Assembly (NCBI GenBank): GCA_963700145.1
Contig: OY969474.1
Location: 3,456,001-3,520,000 of the forward strand
Reading direction: 5' to 3'
DNA length: 64,000 nt
From: an uncultured Acidobacteriota bacterium
GTDB taxonomy: Bacteria > Acidobacteriota > Thermoanaerobaculia > Multivoradales > UBA5704
The notes beneath the pieces were generated by a model. It made no database searches, was not told the DNA's origin, and saw only the letters and a program-made list of their open reading frames with translations. Within the stretch, counting starts at the first letter, position 1. Each line of letters begins with the position of its first letter. Of this stretch, positions 10,338 to 24,932 are shown piece by piece. The position numbers were made by a program, and so were the translations under genes.

Positions 10338-11360
10338 TTGAGCATCCACAACCTGTTGCGCTCCTGGGAGCCGCTCTCCCACTTCAGCGAGGAGCAGCTC
10401 GGGCAGCTCGTGCGCTGCCTGGCGCGCAACCGCTACCCGGCCGGCACGTCGGTCCTCCAGGAGGGGGACCCGACGCTCGACGCCTATCTCGTGGCGAGCG
10501 GCAACGTGCGCATCCAGCGCCAGACCCCGTATGGCATCTTCAGCCTGGCGGTCCTCGGGCCGGGCGAGCTCTTCGGCGAGACCAGCTTCGTCGATCACGA
10601 GGCGCGCTCCGGCGACGCCCTGACGCTCGCCGAGACCGAGCTGCTGACCTTGAACCCGGTGGCCGCGGCGGCGACCCTGGAGCGCGACCCGCGCTTCGCG
10701 GTGGCGCTCTACTGGACCTTCTGGAAGAGCCTGGCGCAGAAGCTCCGGCAGACCAACCAGAAGCTCACTCACTTCTTCCCGGAGAGCGGGCTGCCGGCCG
10801 CGCCGGGGCCGCACGAGGTGCTCGACGCGAGCGGCGCGATGGCGGGGTTCCGCGTCGACTTGGCCGACAAGCGGAAGCTCTTCCAGGAGCAGCGCCTGTC
10901 GGCGATGGAGATCAACTTCCTCTCCTCGCTGTCGAAGGAGAAGAAGCTCGCCCCCAGTCAGGTGCTCTTCCGCGAGGGGGAGTCGGGCAGCGAGATGTAC
11001 GTGGTGCTCGACGGGCGGGTGATGATCAGCAAGTACATCCCCGGGGCCGGCGAGGAGGCGCTCGCCTTCCTGGAGCGCGGCGACTGGTTCGGCGAGATGG
11101 CGCTGATCGACAACCAGCCGCGCTCGGCCACCGCCAAGGCGCACGACGGCGGGGCGGTCGTGGTGACGATCCCGCGCGAGGTCGTCGAGGGCCTCCTCGA
11201 CATCCACCGCATCTCCTCGCTGCGGCTGCTCAAGATCCTCTGCAGCCTGGTAGCGCGGCGCCTCCGGGAGCTCGACGACAAGATCATCGGGTGGTTTATC
11301 CTGGCCGGCGGCCACGGGAACTGGGCCGCGGAGTACGACGCCGGGCCGGTCGCGGGCTGA
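10338..11360 (+). CDS. tandem cyclic-nucleotide-binding domain protein (no HTH)
   Basis: Two cNMP cassettes: GELFGETSF...RSGDA and GDWFGEMAL...PRSATA; TTG start. Confidence 0.85.
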   Translation: MSIHNLLRSWEPLSHFSEEQLGQLVRCLARNRYPAGTSVLQEGDPTLDAYLVASGNVRIQRQTPYGIFSLAVLGPGELFGETSFVDHEARSGDALTLAETELLTLNPVAAAATLERDPRFAVALYWTFWKSLAQKLRQTNQKLTHFFPESGLPAAPGPHEVLDASGAMAGFRVDLADKRKLFQEQRLSAMEINFLSSLSKEKKLAPSQVLFREGESGSEMYVVLDGRVMISKYIPGAGEEALAFLERGDWFGEMALIDNQPRSATAKAHDGGAVVVTIPREVVEGLLDIHRISSLRLLKILCSLVARRLRELDDKIIGWFILAGGHGNWAAEYDAGPVAG

Positions 11361-12420
11361 CCTTCCCTTCCGACCCGAGCGCGGCCAGCACCTTCCCGAC
11401 CAGCGACGAGAGCGGCAGCGCGCAGCGCCCCTCCGCGTCGAACCAGCCCGCCTCGTTTCCCTCCGCCAAGGAGCCCGTGTCGGCGACCTCGGCGCGGTGG
11501 ACCGCCACCTCCAAGTCGCGGAAGGTGACGGCGTGGCGCACGCGGGCCGCCGGCGCGGCGAGGCGCCAGCTGCCGCCGTAGCGCCGCGCCAGGAGCGTCT
11601 CGGCGGAAACGGAGCCGCCGTCGAGCTCCGCCCAGGGCAGCTCCCAGAAACCGGCCATCAGCGGGTCGCCCTCGGACCGCCGGACGAGCAGCACCCGCCC
11701 GCGCCACTCGACGACCGCCACCGCCACGCGCCGAGCCTCGCGCGCCCGGCGCGGGCGCCGTTGGGGGTAGGGCTCGGGATTGCCCTCGGCCGCCGCCCGG
11801 CAGCCGGGGAGGAGCGGGCAGGCGGGACATCTCGGGCGGCGCGGGGTGCAGATTGTCGCGCCCAGCTCCATCAGCGCCTGGTTGCTGTCGCCCGGGCGGG
11901 CCGGGTCGAGCAGCTCGGCCGCCGCCGCCCGCAGCCGCCGGCGGGCCGCCGCGCTCTTGGGGTCCTCGGCCAATGCCAGGAACCGCGCCAGGAGGCGCTC
12001 GACGTTGCCGTCGAGGACCGGCACCGGCGCGCCGAAGCAGATGCTGGCCACCGCCGCGGAGGTGTAGTCGCCCACCCCGGCCAGCTCCCGCCACCCCTCC
12101 GGCGTCTCCGGGAAGCCGCCGCGCTCGACCACCCGCCGCGCCGCGGCATGGAGCTGCCGGGCGCGCCGGTAGTAGCCGAGCCCAGACCAGAGGGCGAGCA
12201 CCTCCCCCTCCCCGGCCGCCGCCAGCGCCTCGACCGTGGGGAACCGCTCCAGGAACCGCTGGTAATAGGGGAGAACGACGTCGACCCGCGTCTGCTGCAG
12301 CATCACCTCGGAGACCCAGACCGGATAAGGCTCGCGGGTCCGTCGCCAAGGCAGGTCGCGCCGCACCCGGTCGTACCAGCTCAGCAGCTCATGCCGCACC
12401 GCGTCAGGGTGAGTAGGCAC
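11296..12420 (-). CDS. mutY: A/G-specific adenine glycosylase
   Basis: RDLPWR, VWVSEVMLQQT, WSGLGYYRRAR, GVGDYT, DGNVER, CTPRRPRCPACPLLPGC Fe-S motif. Confidence 0.96.
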   Translation of the reverse strand: MPTHPDAVRHELLSWYDRVRRDLPWRRTREPYPVWVSEVMLQQTRVDVVLPYYQRFLERFPTVEALAAAGEGEVLALWSGLGYYRRARQLHAAARRVVERGGFPETPEGWRELAGVGDYTSAAVASICFGAPVPVLDGNVERLLARFLALAEDPKSAAARRRLRAAAAELLDPARPGDSNQALMELGATICTPRRPRCPACPLLPGCRAAAEGNPEPYPQRRPRRAREARRVAVAVVEWRGRVLLVRRSEGDPLMAGFWELPWAELDGGSVSAETLLARRYGGSWRLAAPAARVRHAVTFRDLEVAVHRAEVADTGSLAEGNEAGWFDAEGRCALPLSSLVGKVLAALGSEGKVSPRPARRRTPRPSSRGRRPG

Positions 12421-12490
12421 GGCCGCCAGTTTGGCACGGCGGCCGGCGCTCCGCAGCAAGGGGTGGGAACTCACAGCGAAGGGCGGGCAG

Positions 12491-12551
12491 CTCCCTCCCC
12501 CGTGCAGCGGGGGAGGGCCAGGGAGGGGGTATCGAAGTCAATGCAGGAAAG
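12491..12551. repeat. REP-like palindromic element, copy 1
   Basis: CCCTCCCCCG...CGGGGGAGGG hairpin, GGGAGGGG, then GTCAATGCAGGAAAG, shared with 28622-28683. Confidence 0.65.
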
Positions 12552-12613
12552 CCCGCCGACTGAACCGCGTCGGAGTAGCCGCGGAAACATGCCCTGCCTC
12601 TCCGGTGCCGCCT

Positions 12614-12649
12614 AAAAAACTAGCGGCCCTCGGTTTCCCGAGGGCCGCT
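12614..12649 (-). terminator. intrinsic terminator
   Basis: 12-bp perfect stem AGCGGCCCTCGG-GAAA-CCGAGGGCCGCT followed by AGTTTTTT on the minus strand. Confidence 0.9.
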
Positions 12650-12823
12650 GATTTTGAAGTATGGGGGGGAGGCCCCGTCTCTCCGGTTGGGTTTCTGAGG
12701 ATCTACCCCTGGTTTAGGGGGATGGGATTAGCTTTCTCAGAGGGTGAGACCCGAAGGGTCTCGATGTAGGATGGGTTGTTCTTGGTAGGTGAAGCCTCCC
12801 CACATACTTTCTTCTGCGTTGCC
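12614..12823 (-). ncRNA. candidate sigma54-dependent small RNA (~210 nt)
   Basis: Bounded by a perfect sigma54 promoter and a terminator; long closing stem plus internal hairpins; no convincing CDS. Confidence 0.65.
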
Positions 12824-12833
12824 GCGTTCTCAC

Positions 12834-12849
12834 TGCAACCGCTGTGCCA
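12834..12849 (-). promoter_or_regulatory. sigma54 (-24/-12) promoter
   Basis: Minus strand reads TGGCAC-AGCGG-TTGCA, an exact match to TGGCAC-N5-TTGCW. Confidence 0.85.
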
Positions 12850-12907
12850 GGGGTCGGGCTTCCCCGTAGGAGGCCCGTGGCGGCCCCTCCGGGTACCCGC
12901 CTGTTCA

Positions 12908-12943
12908 TGCAATAACTGCCAAACGCTTAGTGGCATTTCTGCA
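12908..12943. promoter_or_regulatory. palindromic upstream activator-like site
   Basis: TGCA-ATAAC-TGCCA-N9-TGGCA-TTTC-TGCA, ~85-120 bp upstream of the predicted sigma54 start. Confidence 0.45.
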
Positions 12944-12970
12944 CGGCGGCCAGGGGGCTAAAATCGCCGG

Positions 12971-14686
12971 GTGAAGAAGCTGGTGGCGGTCTTCTTGGTG
13001 CTGGTGGCGGTGGCGGTGGCCGCCGCCGGGGCCGGCATCCTGCTGTCGCGCGGCGGGCGGAGCCTCGGCGGCCCCACGGTCCTCGTCTGGCGGCTGGACC
13101 GGACGATTCTCGAGCAGGCCCCCACCTCCGGCTTCCCCTTCGCGGCCGGCGCCACCCTCGACAGCATGGCCCAGCTCTACCCCGCCCTCCGCGCCGCGCG
13201 CGCGGACGACGGGGTCAAGGGGCTCGCCGTCTACATCCAGGGCGCCGACTTCGGCCTCGCCAAGGCGCAGGAGTTCCGCCGCCAGCTCGCCGCGCTGCGG
13301 CAGGCGGGGAAGTTCGTCGAGTGCTACCTGGAGACGGCCGGCGAGGGCTCCAACGGCACCCTCGCCTACTACCTGGCGAGCGCCTGCGAGCGCATCCACC
13401 TGGCGCCGGCCGGGGACCTCAACCTCCTCGGCCTCTTCGCCGACAGCGTCTTCCTGCGCGGTGCCCTCGAGAAGCTCAAGATCGACCCGGCCTTCAGCTC
13501 GGTCGGCCGCTACAAGAGCGCCGTCGAGTCCTTCACCCAGACCGAGCACTCGCCCGAGGCCGAGGAGGCGATGAACGCCGTCCTCGACGGCTTCTACGGG
13601 CAGCTCGTGGCCGGGATCGCCGCGGCGCGCCGTCTGCCGCCGGCCGAGGTGCGGCGCCTGATCGACGGCGCCCCCTACTCGGCCCCCGAAGCGCTGCGGC
13701 TGAAGCTGATCGACGCCCTCGCCTACCCCGACCAGTTCCGCGACCGCATCGAGGAGCGCGCCGGCGGCGAGCCGCGCCTGGTGCGGCTGCAGGACTACGG
13801 CGGCCGCGGCAACCCCTTCGCCGGCAAGACCATCGCCGTGGTCTTCGCCCTGGGGACGATCGTGCGCGGCCACGGCGGCATCGAGCCCTGGACGCAGGAG
13901 GTCTTCCTCGGCGCGGAGAGCCTGGCCGAGATCCTCTCCGACCTGGCCGACGACGGCGGCGTCGCCGCCGTCGTGCTGCGCGTCGACAGCCCGGGCGGCT
14001 CGGCCCTCGCCTCCGACTTGATCCTGCGCCAGGTGGAGCTGCTGGCGCGCGAGAAGCCGGTCGTGGTTTCGATGTCGGACGTCGCTGCCTCGGGCGGCTA
14101 CTACATCGCCGCCAAGGCGCACAAGATCGTCGCCGAGCCGGCGACCCTGACCGGCTCGATCGGGGTCTTCGGCGGCAAGCTCGTCACCCGGCGCCTGCAG
14201 GAGGAGCACCTCGGCGTCACCCACGACACGCTCAAGCGCGGCGCCAACGCCGACATCTACACGACGCTCGCGCCGTTCAGCGCCGCGCAGCAGGCGCGGG
14301 TGGACGCCGGGATGCGCCGCGTCTACGACACCTTCGTCGGCCACGTGGCGCGGGGGCGCAAGCTCTCGCCGCGCGAGGTCGAGGCGGTGGCGCAGGGGCG
14401 GGTGTGGACCGGCGAGGAGGCGCGGCGGCGGCGGCTGGTCGACGAGCTCGGCGGCTTCGACCGCGCGCTCGAGCTGGCGCGCGCCGAGGCCGGGATCGCG
14501 GCCGGCGCCGCGGTCCGCCTGGCCTTCTACCCCGAGCCGGCGAGCTTCTGGGACCTGCTCTTCGACGGCGAGGAGGAGCCGCTCCTGCCCTCCTCGCTGG
14601 TGCGCCTGCTGCGCGCCCTCGACCCGCCGGCCGCCGGCGCGCTCGAGCTGCCGCGCGAGATCGCGCGATTGGCCCGGCCGTTCTGA
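12971..14686 (+). CDS. sppA: signal peptide peptidase SppA (two-domain)
   Basis: N-terminal TM, YYLASA, GRYKSA, RVDSPGGSA, VAASGGYYIA, TGSIGV, AQGRVWTG. Confidence 0.93.
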   Translation: MKKLVAVFLVLVAVAVAAAGAGILLSRGGRSLGGPTVLVWRLDRTILEQAPTSGFPFAAGATLDSMAQLYPALRAARADDGVKGLAVYIQGADFGLAKAQEFRRQLAALRQAGKFVECYLETAGEGSNGTLAYYLASACERIHLAPAGDLNLLGLFADSVFLRGALEKLKIDPAFSSVGRYKSAVESFTQTEHSPEAEEAMNAVLDGFYGQLVAGIAAARRLPPAEVRRLIDGAPYSAPEALRLKLIDALAYPDQFRDRIEERAGGEPRLVRLQDYGGRGNPFAGKTIAVVFALGTIVRGHGGIEPWTQEVFLGAESLAEILSDLADDGGVAAVVLRVDSPGGSALASDLILRQVELLAREKPVVVSMSDVAASGGYYIAAKAHKIVAEPATLTGSIGVFGGKLVTRRLQEEHLGVTHDTLKRGANADIYTTLAPFSAAQQARVDAGMRRVYDTFVGHVARGRKLSPREVEAVAQGRVWTGEEARRRRLVDELGGFDRALELARAEAGIAAGAAVRLAFYPEPASFWDLLFDGEEEPLLPSSLVRLLRALDPPAAGALELPREIARLARPF

Positions 14687-14696
14687 ACCAGAACGC

Positions 14697-14725
14697 TTGA
14701 CGGGTTCGAAACGAGGGTCTATAGT
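14697..14725 (+). promoter_or_regulatory. sigma70 promoter of dnaA
   Basis: TTGACG-17 nt-TATAGT. Confidence 0.8.
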
Positions 14726-14779
14726 CCATTTCGCTTCGTCGGCAACTCGTCTCACAGTCCCTGTTTTTTGAGCCTCTGG

Positions 14780-14811
14780 ATTTCCACAGGTTGTGGAAAG
14801 TCTGCGGAATT
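14780..14811. promoter_or_regulatory. DnaA-box-like sites in the dnaA leader
   Basis: ATTTCCACA, inverted TGTGGAAAG and TGCGGAATT, variants of TTATCCACA. Confidence 0.65.
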
Positions 14812-14831
14812 CGACTGCCTGTTGAGGCCCC

Positions 14832-16130
14832 ATGTCGCAACTCTGGAACCTGCTGAAAAGAGAGCTGCAAGAAGAACTTACGGCTGACGAGTTCGCGCGC
14901 TGGTTCCGCCCCCTGAAGGTCCGCGTCGAGGAAGAGGACCGGCTGGTCCTGACCGCCCCCGACGCCCGCGCCCTGCACACTCTGGAGTCGAGCTACCGGC
15001 CGGCCGTGGACCGCGCGATCGCGGGCCTCAAAGGGGCCGCCTATCAGGTCCTTTTCTCGCTCGAGGAGCGTGAGGAGGCGGCCCCTCAGGAGCCGTCGTC
15101 GCCGCCCGCGCTGCCGGCGCAGTTCAACCCCAGGTACACCTTCGACACCTTCGTCGTCGGCAGCTCGAACCAGTTCGCCCACGCCGCGGCGCGGGCGGTC
15201 GCCGAGAACCCGTCGAAGAGCTACAACCCGCTTTTCCTCTACGGCGGCGTCGGGCTCGGCAAGACCCATCTCCTCCACGCCATCGGTTTCCACATCCGCA
15301 AGGAGAGCCCGCAGCTGCGGGTGCTATATCTCGCGGCCGAGCAGTTCGTCAACGAGCTCATCAACTCGATCCGCTTCGACCGCATGCCGGCCTTCCGCGA
15401 GCGCTACCGCACGATCGACGTGCTGCTGATCGACGACGTGCAGTTCCTGGCCAACAAGGAGCGGACGCAGGAGGAGTTCTTCCACACCTTCAACACCCTC
15501 TACACCAGCCAGAAGCAGATCATCCTCTCGTCGGACTCCTCGCCGCGGAACATCCCGACCCTCGAGGAGCGGCTGCGCAGCCGCTTCGAGTGGGGGCTGA
15601 TCGCCGACATCCAGCCTCCCGATCTCGAGACGAAGGTCGCGATCCTCCGCCGCAAGGCCGACGTCGAGGGCACCGTTCTGCCCAACGACGTCGCCCACTT
15701 CATCGCCCAGCAGGTGCGCTCGAACATCCGCGAACTCGAAGGGTTGCTCACCCGGGTCATCGCCTTCTCGTCGCTGACCGGGAAGCCGCTCTCTCTCGAC
15801 CTCGCCAAGGAGACCCTGCGCGACATCCTGCCGGACACCGAGCGCAAGCCCGCCGCCGCCGAGATCATCAAGTTCGTGGCCCGCCACTACGGCTTGAAGG
15901 TCTCCGAGATCAAGAGCAAGGGCAACACCAAGCAGATCGCCTTCCCGCGCCAGGTGGCGATGTACGCCCTGAAGCGCCTAACCGACCTCTCCTACCCCGA
16001 GATCGGCAAGCAGTTCAACGACAAGCACCACTCGACGGTCATGTACTCGGTCGAGAAGATCCAGCAGCTCCGCGACGGCGACCCCGAGATCGACAAGGTG
16101 CTGGCCTCGATCGAGCAGCACTTCTCCTGA
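14832..16130 (+). CDS. dnaA: chromosomal replication initiator DnaA
   Basis: YTFDTFVVG, YNPLFLYGGVGLGKTHL, LLIDDVQF, RLRSRFEWGL, RQVAMY, HHSTV. Confidence 0.98.
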   Translation: MSQLWNLLKRELQEELTADEFARWFRPLKVRVEEEDRLVLTAPDARALHTLESSYRPAVDRAIAGLKGAAYQVLFSLEEREEAAPQEPSSPPALPAQFNPRYTFDTFVVGSSNQFAHAAARAVAENPSKSYNPLFLYGGVGLGKTHLLHAIGFHIRKESPQLRVLYLAAEQFVNELINSIRFDRMPAFRERYRTIDVLLIDDVQFLANKERTQEEFFHTFNTLYTSQKQIILSSDSSPRNIPTLEERLRSRFEWGLIADIQPPDLETKVAILRRKADVEGTVLPNDVAHFIAQQVRSNIRELEGLLTRVIAFSSLTGKPLSLDLAKETLRDILPDTERKPAAAEIIKFVARHYGLKVSEIKSKGNTKQIAFPRQVAMYALKRLTDLSYPEIGKQFNDKHHSTVMYSVEKIQQLRDGDPEIDKVLASIEQHFS

Positions 16131-16382
16131 AGCTCGATCCGCGCTTTCCACAGGGCCGCTCCGGAAGAGGTGTGGAGTGCCTGCGCAGAACGCTGAGCGC
16201 GACCGCTTTTCCCCGCTCGTCCGCAGCCCTCCGCAGCCCGCTCGAGGCCTCGCCTGCGGAGCCGCAACTCGATGATCCGTTTCTAGTTGCGGCGCGTCTC
16301 CGCGTTTCCGCAGCGCCTCCTACGGCGACGACGGTCAATGCTATGATCATCACGCCTTCTCTTCTCTGGAGACCGGCCCCAC
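16131..16382. other. putative oriC core (dnaA-dnaN intergenic)
   Basis: DnaA-box variants (CTTTCCACA 16144, TGTGGAGTG 16171, GTTTCCGCA 16304), then a GC motif and a 3-nt-periodic purine tract at 16320-16352. Confidence 0.7.
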
Positions 16383-17480
16383 ATGGAAATCCGCCTTCGC
16401 CGTAGCGAGCTACTGTCCGAGCTGGTCCCGATGCAGGGAATCGTCGAGCGCAAGACGACGATCCCGGTGCTCTCGCACCTGCTGCTCACGGTGCGCGAGG
16501 ACCGGCTGCATCTGGCGGCCACCGACCTCGACGTCTCGCTCACCTCCTCGTGCGAGGCGGACGTCAAGCGCGACGGCGGCGTGGCGGTGCAAGCCAAGAA
16601 GCTCTTCGAGATCGTCCGCTCGCTGGTGGCCGACGACGTGGCGCTGGTCCTCGACGACCCGCGCTCCCTCACGATCCGCGCCGGCCGCTCCCGCTTCAAG
16701 ATCCACGGCCTCGCCCCGGACGACTTCCCCACCCTGCCGGTGGTGGACGACAAGACCGCCATCGAGATCCCCTTCGCCGACCTCCGGCGGATGATCGGCA
16801 AGGTCCTCTTCGCCGTCTCGGCCGAGGAGTCGCGCTTCCAGCTCAACGGCGCCCTCTTGAAGCTCAAGAAAGGGGCGCTCGAGCTGGTGGCCACCGACGG
16901 CCACCGCCTGGCGCTCGTCGAAGCCGGCCTCGACGGCGCCGACGGCGACCACCAGGTGCTGGTGCCGCGCAAGGCCCTCCAGGAGCTGCAGCGGCTCGAA
17001 GGCGAAGGCAACGTCGCCTACCGCCGCGGCGAGCACCACCTCTCGTTCCGCCTCGGCCGGCGCGAGCTGGTCTGCCGGATCCTCGAGGGGAGCTTCCCCG
17101 ACTACGAGCGGGTGATCGCCAAGGACAACGACAAGAAGGCGGTCTTCGAGCGCAAGGCGCTAGTCGACGGCGTGCAGCGGGTGGCGATCCTGACCGGCGA
17201 CCGGGCACGGGCGGTGCGGCTGCAGTTCGCGCCCGACCAGCTCACCATCTCGACCCAGAACCCGGACCTGGGCGAAGCGGTCGAGGAGCTGGCCTGCGAC
17301 TACGACGGGCCGGAGTTCCGCGTCGGCATGAACCCCGATTACCTCGCCAGCTTCCTCTCGGCGGTCGAGACCGAGAAGGTGCGCCTCGAGCTCAAGGACG
17401 AGAACACGCAGTGCGTGGGCTACCCGGTGGATGGCCCCGACGCGCGGTACCTCTGCGTCATCATGCCGATGCGGCTGTAG
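16383..17480 (+). CDS. dnaN: DNA polymerase III beta clamp
   Basis: [29 protein letters not shown]-terminal IMPMRL. Confidence 0.97.
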   Translation: MEIRLRRSELLSELVPMQGIVERKTTIPVLSHLLLTVREDRLHLAATDLDVSLTSSCEADVKRDGGVAVQAKKLFEIVRSLVADDVALVLDDPRSLTIRAGRSRFKIHGLAPDDFPTLPVVDDKTAIEIPFADLRRMIGKVLFAVSAEESRFQLNGALLKLKKGALELVATDGHRLALVEAGLDGADGDHQVLVPRKALQELQRLEGEGNVAYRRGEHHLSFRLGRRELVCRILEGSFPDYERVIAKDNDKKAVFERKALVDGVQRVAILTGDRARAVRLQFAPDQLTISTQNPDLGEAVEELACDYDGPEFRVGMNPDYLASFLSAVETEKVRLELKDENTQCVGYPVDGPDARYLCVIMPMRL

Positions 17481-17489
17481 CCCTCTCGC

Positions 17490-18582
17490 TTGCTCCGCCA
17501 GCTCGCCGCCCGCGGCTTCCGCAACCTCGAGCCGCTCGCCTGGGAGCCGGAGCCCGGCAGCCACCTCCTCCTCGGCGGCAACGGCGCCGGCAAGACCAGC
17601 CTCCTCGAAGCCGTCTACGTCCTCGCCACCACCAAGAGCTTCCGCACGCCGCGCCTCGCCGACTGCGTGCGCCATGGCGAAAGCTCGTTCCACCTCGCGG
17701 CGGAGGTCGAAAGGGACCGCCGCGCGCGGCTGGAGGTCGGCTGGGAGGCGGGGGAGCGCTCGCGCTCCGTCAACGGCAAGACCGGGAGCCGCGCCGAGCA
17801 CCTGGCGGCGCTGCCGGTCGCCGCCTGGCACGCCGGCGAGGCCGACGTCCTCACGGGCGACCCCGGCGCCCGCCGGCGCTTCCTCGACCGCGGCGTCGTC
17901 GGCCTGCGGCCGGCGGCGCTCGAGGCCCTCTCCCGCTACCGCGCCGCCCTCTTCCAGAAGCGGCAGCTCCTGGCCGCCGGCAGCGACGGGCTGGAGAGCT
18001 GGAACGAGCTCCTCGCCGGCGCGGCCGCGGAGGTCATCTACCTGCGGCAGAGATACTTCGAGCGGCTCGTGGAGGAGCTGGCGCAGGTGACCGCGGCGGC
18101 CGCGCTGCCGCTGGCGGAGGTCGAGCTGCGCTACCGCCCTTCGCCGGCCGGCGGGCTCGATGGGGCCCACGAGATCGCCGCCAGCTTCGCCCGCATGGCC
18201 GACCGCGAGCGCCGCCGCCAGCTGCCGCTCCTCGGCCCACACCGCGACGACGTCGAGGTCCTCCTCGGCGGCCACGAGGTGCGCAGAGTCGCCTCCGCCG
18301 GCGAGCGGAAGGCCCTCTCGCTCCTCCTCCTCGCCGCCCACGGGCGGGTCCTCGCCGGCGCCGGCCGCGAGCCGCTCTACCTCCTCGACGACGCCGACGC
18401 GGAGCTCGCCCCGCCCACCCTCGCCGCCCTCTGGCGCGTCTTCGCCGGCGCCTCGCAGCTGGTCGCCAGCTCGAACCGCCCGCAGGTCTGGCTGGCCCTC
18501 GAAGTGGGGCGGCTCTGGCACGTCGAAGAGGGGCGTTTGCGCTCCCTCGACCCCGCCCCCGCCGAGGACCCGGAAGACACCG

Positions 18583-18587
<5 letters not shown>
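17490..18587 (+). CDS. recF: DNA replication/repair protein RecF
   Basis: [42 protein letters not shown]. Confidence 0.93.
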
Positions 18588-21158
<2,571 letters not shown>

Positions 21159-21164
21159 AAGGGA

Positions 21165-21419
21165 ATGGGACGATACCCGAGGCTCATTGAGACCATCCTC
21201 CGCGGGCAATCCGACGCGAACATCAGCTTCGAGGATCTTCGCGGATTGCTGCTTCACCTCGGATTCCAGGAAAGGAAGCGTGGCAGCCACCACATCTTTC
21301 GCAAATCGGGAGTCGAAGAGCGAATTAATTTGCAGCGGGAGGGCAGCAAAGCGAAGCCGTATCAGGTAAGGCAGGTACGGGTAGCCCTGGTTCGCTACCG
21401 CTTGGAGCCAAGCGAATGA
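21165..21419 (+). CDS. hicA: HicA family toxin
   Basis: [20 protein letters not shown]...AKPYQVRQV. Confidence 0.88.
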   Translation: MGRYPRLIETILRGQSDANISFEDLRGLLLHLGFQERKRGSHHIFRKSGVEERINLQREGSKAKPYQVRQVRVALVRYRLEPSE

Positions 21420-21631
21420 GTCACAAGTACGAAGTCATCGTTTACTGGAGCGAGCCGGATGAGGCGTTCGTTGCCGAGGTGCCGGAGCTCCCCGGCTGCG
21501 CCGCGCACGGGAGTTCGCCGGGGGAGGCCCTCCGCGAGGCCCAAGAGGCGATCACACTCTGGCTGGACACCGCGCGGGAGTTCGGCGATCCCATCCCCGA
21601 GCCAAAGGGCCGGCGCCTGCAGTATGCATAG
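21416..21631 (+). CDS. hicB: HicB family antitoxin (short form)
   Basis: [24 protein letters not shown]...GDPIPEP; ATGA overlap. Confidence 0.9.
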   Translation: MSHKYEVIVYWSEPDEAFVAEVPELPGCAAHGSSPGEALREAQEAITLWLDTAREFGDPIPEPKGRRLQYA

Positions 21632-21714
21632 TCGAAGCGAGGAATCGGCACTCGTGGTTTTGCAAGAGTGCTTGGTGCGCCCCACGGAAGCCTAGTCGAG
21701 ATGGAAGAGGAACC

Positions 21715-24222
<2,508 letters not shown>

Positions 24223-24232
24223 GGAGGCGCGC

Positions 24233-24889
24233 ATGAAGTTCTTCCTGGACACCGCCGACGTCGAGGAGATCAAGAAGGGGCTGGAGTGGGGGATGGTGGA
24301 CGGCATCACCACCAACCCGACGCTCATCGCCAAGCAGGGGAAGCCGTACCTCGGCACGGTGCAGGAGATCGCGCGCCTGGTGCCCGGCCCGGTCTCGGGC
24401 GAGGTGCTGGCGACCGAGTTCGACGAGATCATGGAGCAGGGCAAGCGCCTCTCGGCGCTGGCCGAGAACGTGGTCGTCAAGGTGCCGCTCATCCCCGCCG
24501 GCCTGCGCGCCGTGCGCGCGCTCGGGGAGCTCGGGATCCGCACCAACGTCACCCTCTGCTTCTCGGCGGCGCAGGCGCTCCTCGCCGCCAAGGCGGGCGC
24601 GGCCTACATCTCCCCCTTCATCGGCCGGCTGGACGACGTCGGGCAGGAAGGGATGGACCTGATCGGACAAGTGGTCTCGATCTACGAGAACTACGACTTC
24701 GAGACCGAGGTCCTGGTGGCCTCGGTGCGCCACCCGGTGCACGTGGTGCAGGCGGCGATGCTCGGCGCCGATGTCGCCACCCTCCCCTTCAAGGTGCTCG
24801 AGCAGCTCTACAACCACCCGCTGACCGACCTCGGCCTCGACAAGTTCCTCGCCGACTGGAAGAAAACCGGCAAGAAGTTCGACGAGTAG
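24233..24889 (+). CDS. tal: transaldolase (FSA-like small type)
   Basis: FFLDTA, GITTNP, SGEV, VVKVP Schiff-base Lys, [16 protein letters not shown]. Confidence 0.88.
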   Translation: MKFFLDTADVEEIKKGLEWGMVDGITTNPTLIAKQGKPYLGTVQEIARLVPGPVSGEVLATEFDEIMEQGKRLSALAENVVVKVPLIPAGLRAVRALGELGIRTNVTLCFSAAQALLAAKAGAAYISPFIGRLDDVGQEGMDLIGQVVSIYENYDFETEVLVASVRHPVHVVQAAMLGADVATLPFKVLEQLYNHPLTDLGLDKFLADWKKTGKKFDE

Positions 24890-24932
24890 TAGACTCCGCC
24901 CCCTGCGGCGCGAGCCTGGAGGAGACCCCCCG

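Noticed and set aside
11296-11360. 65-bp convergent overlap of mutY and the cNMP gene
   Set aside because: Stop-codon drift at non-conserved tails is common in high-GC genomes
12614-12823. 6S RNA or riboswitch identity for the candidate sRNA
   Set aside because: It appears multi-branched rather than a rod with a central bubble, has no aptamer consensus I recognise, and mutY downstream has its own -10-like box; not formally excluded without Infernal
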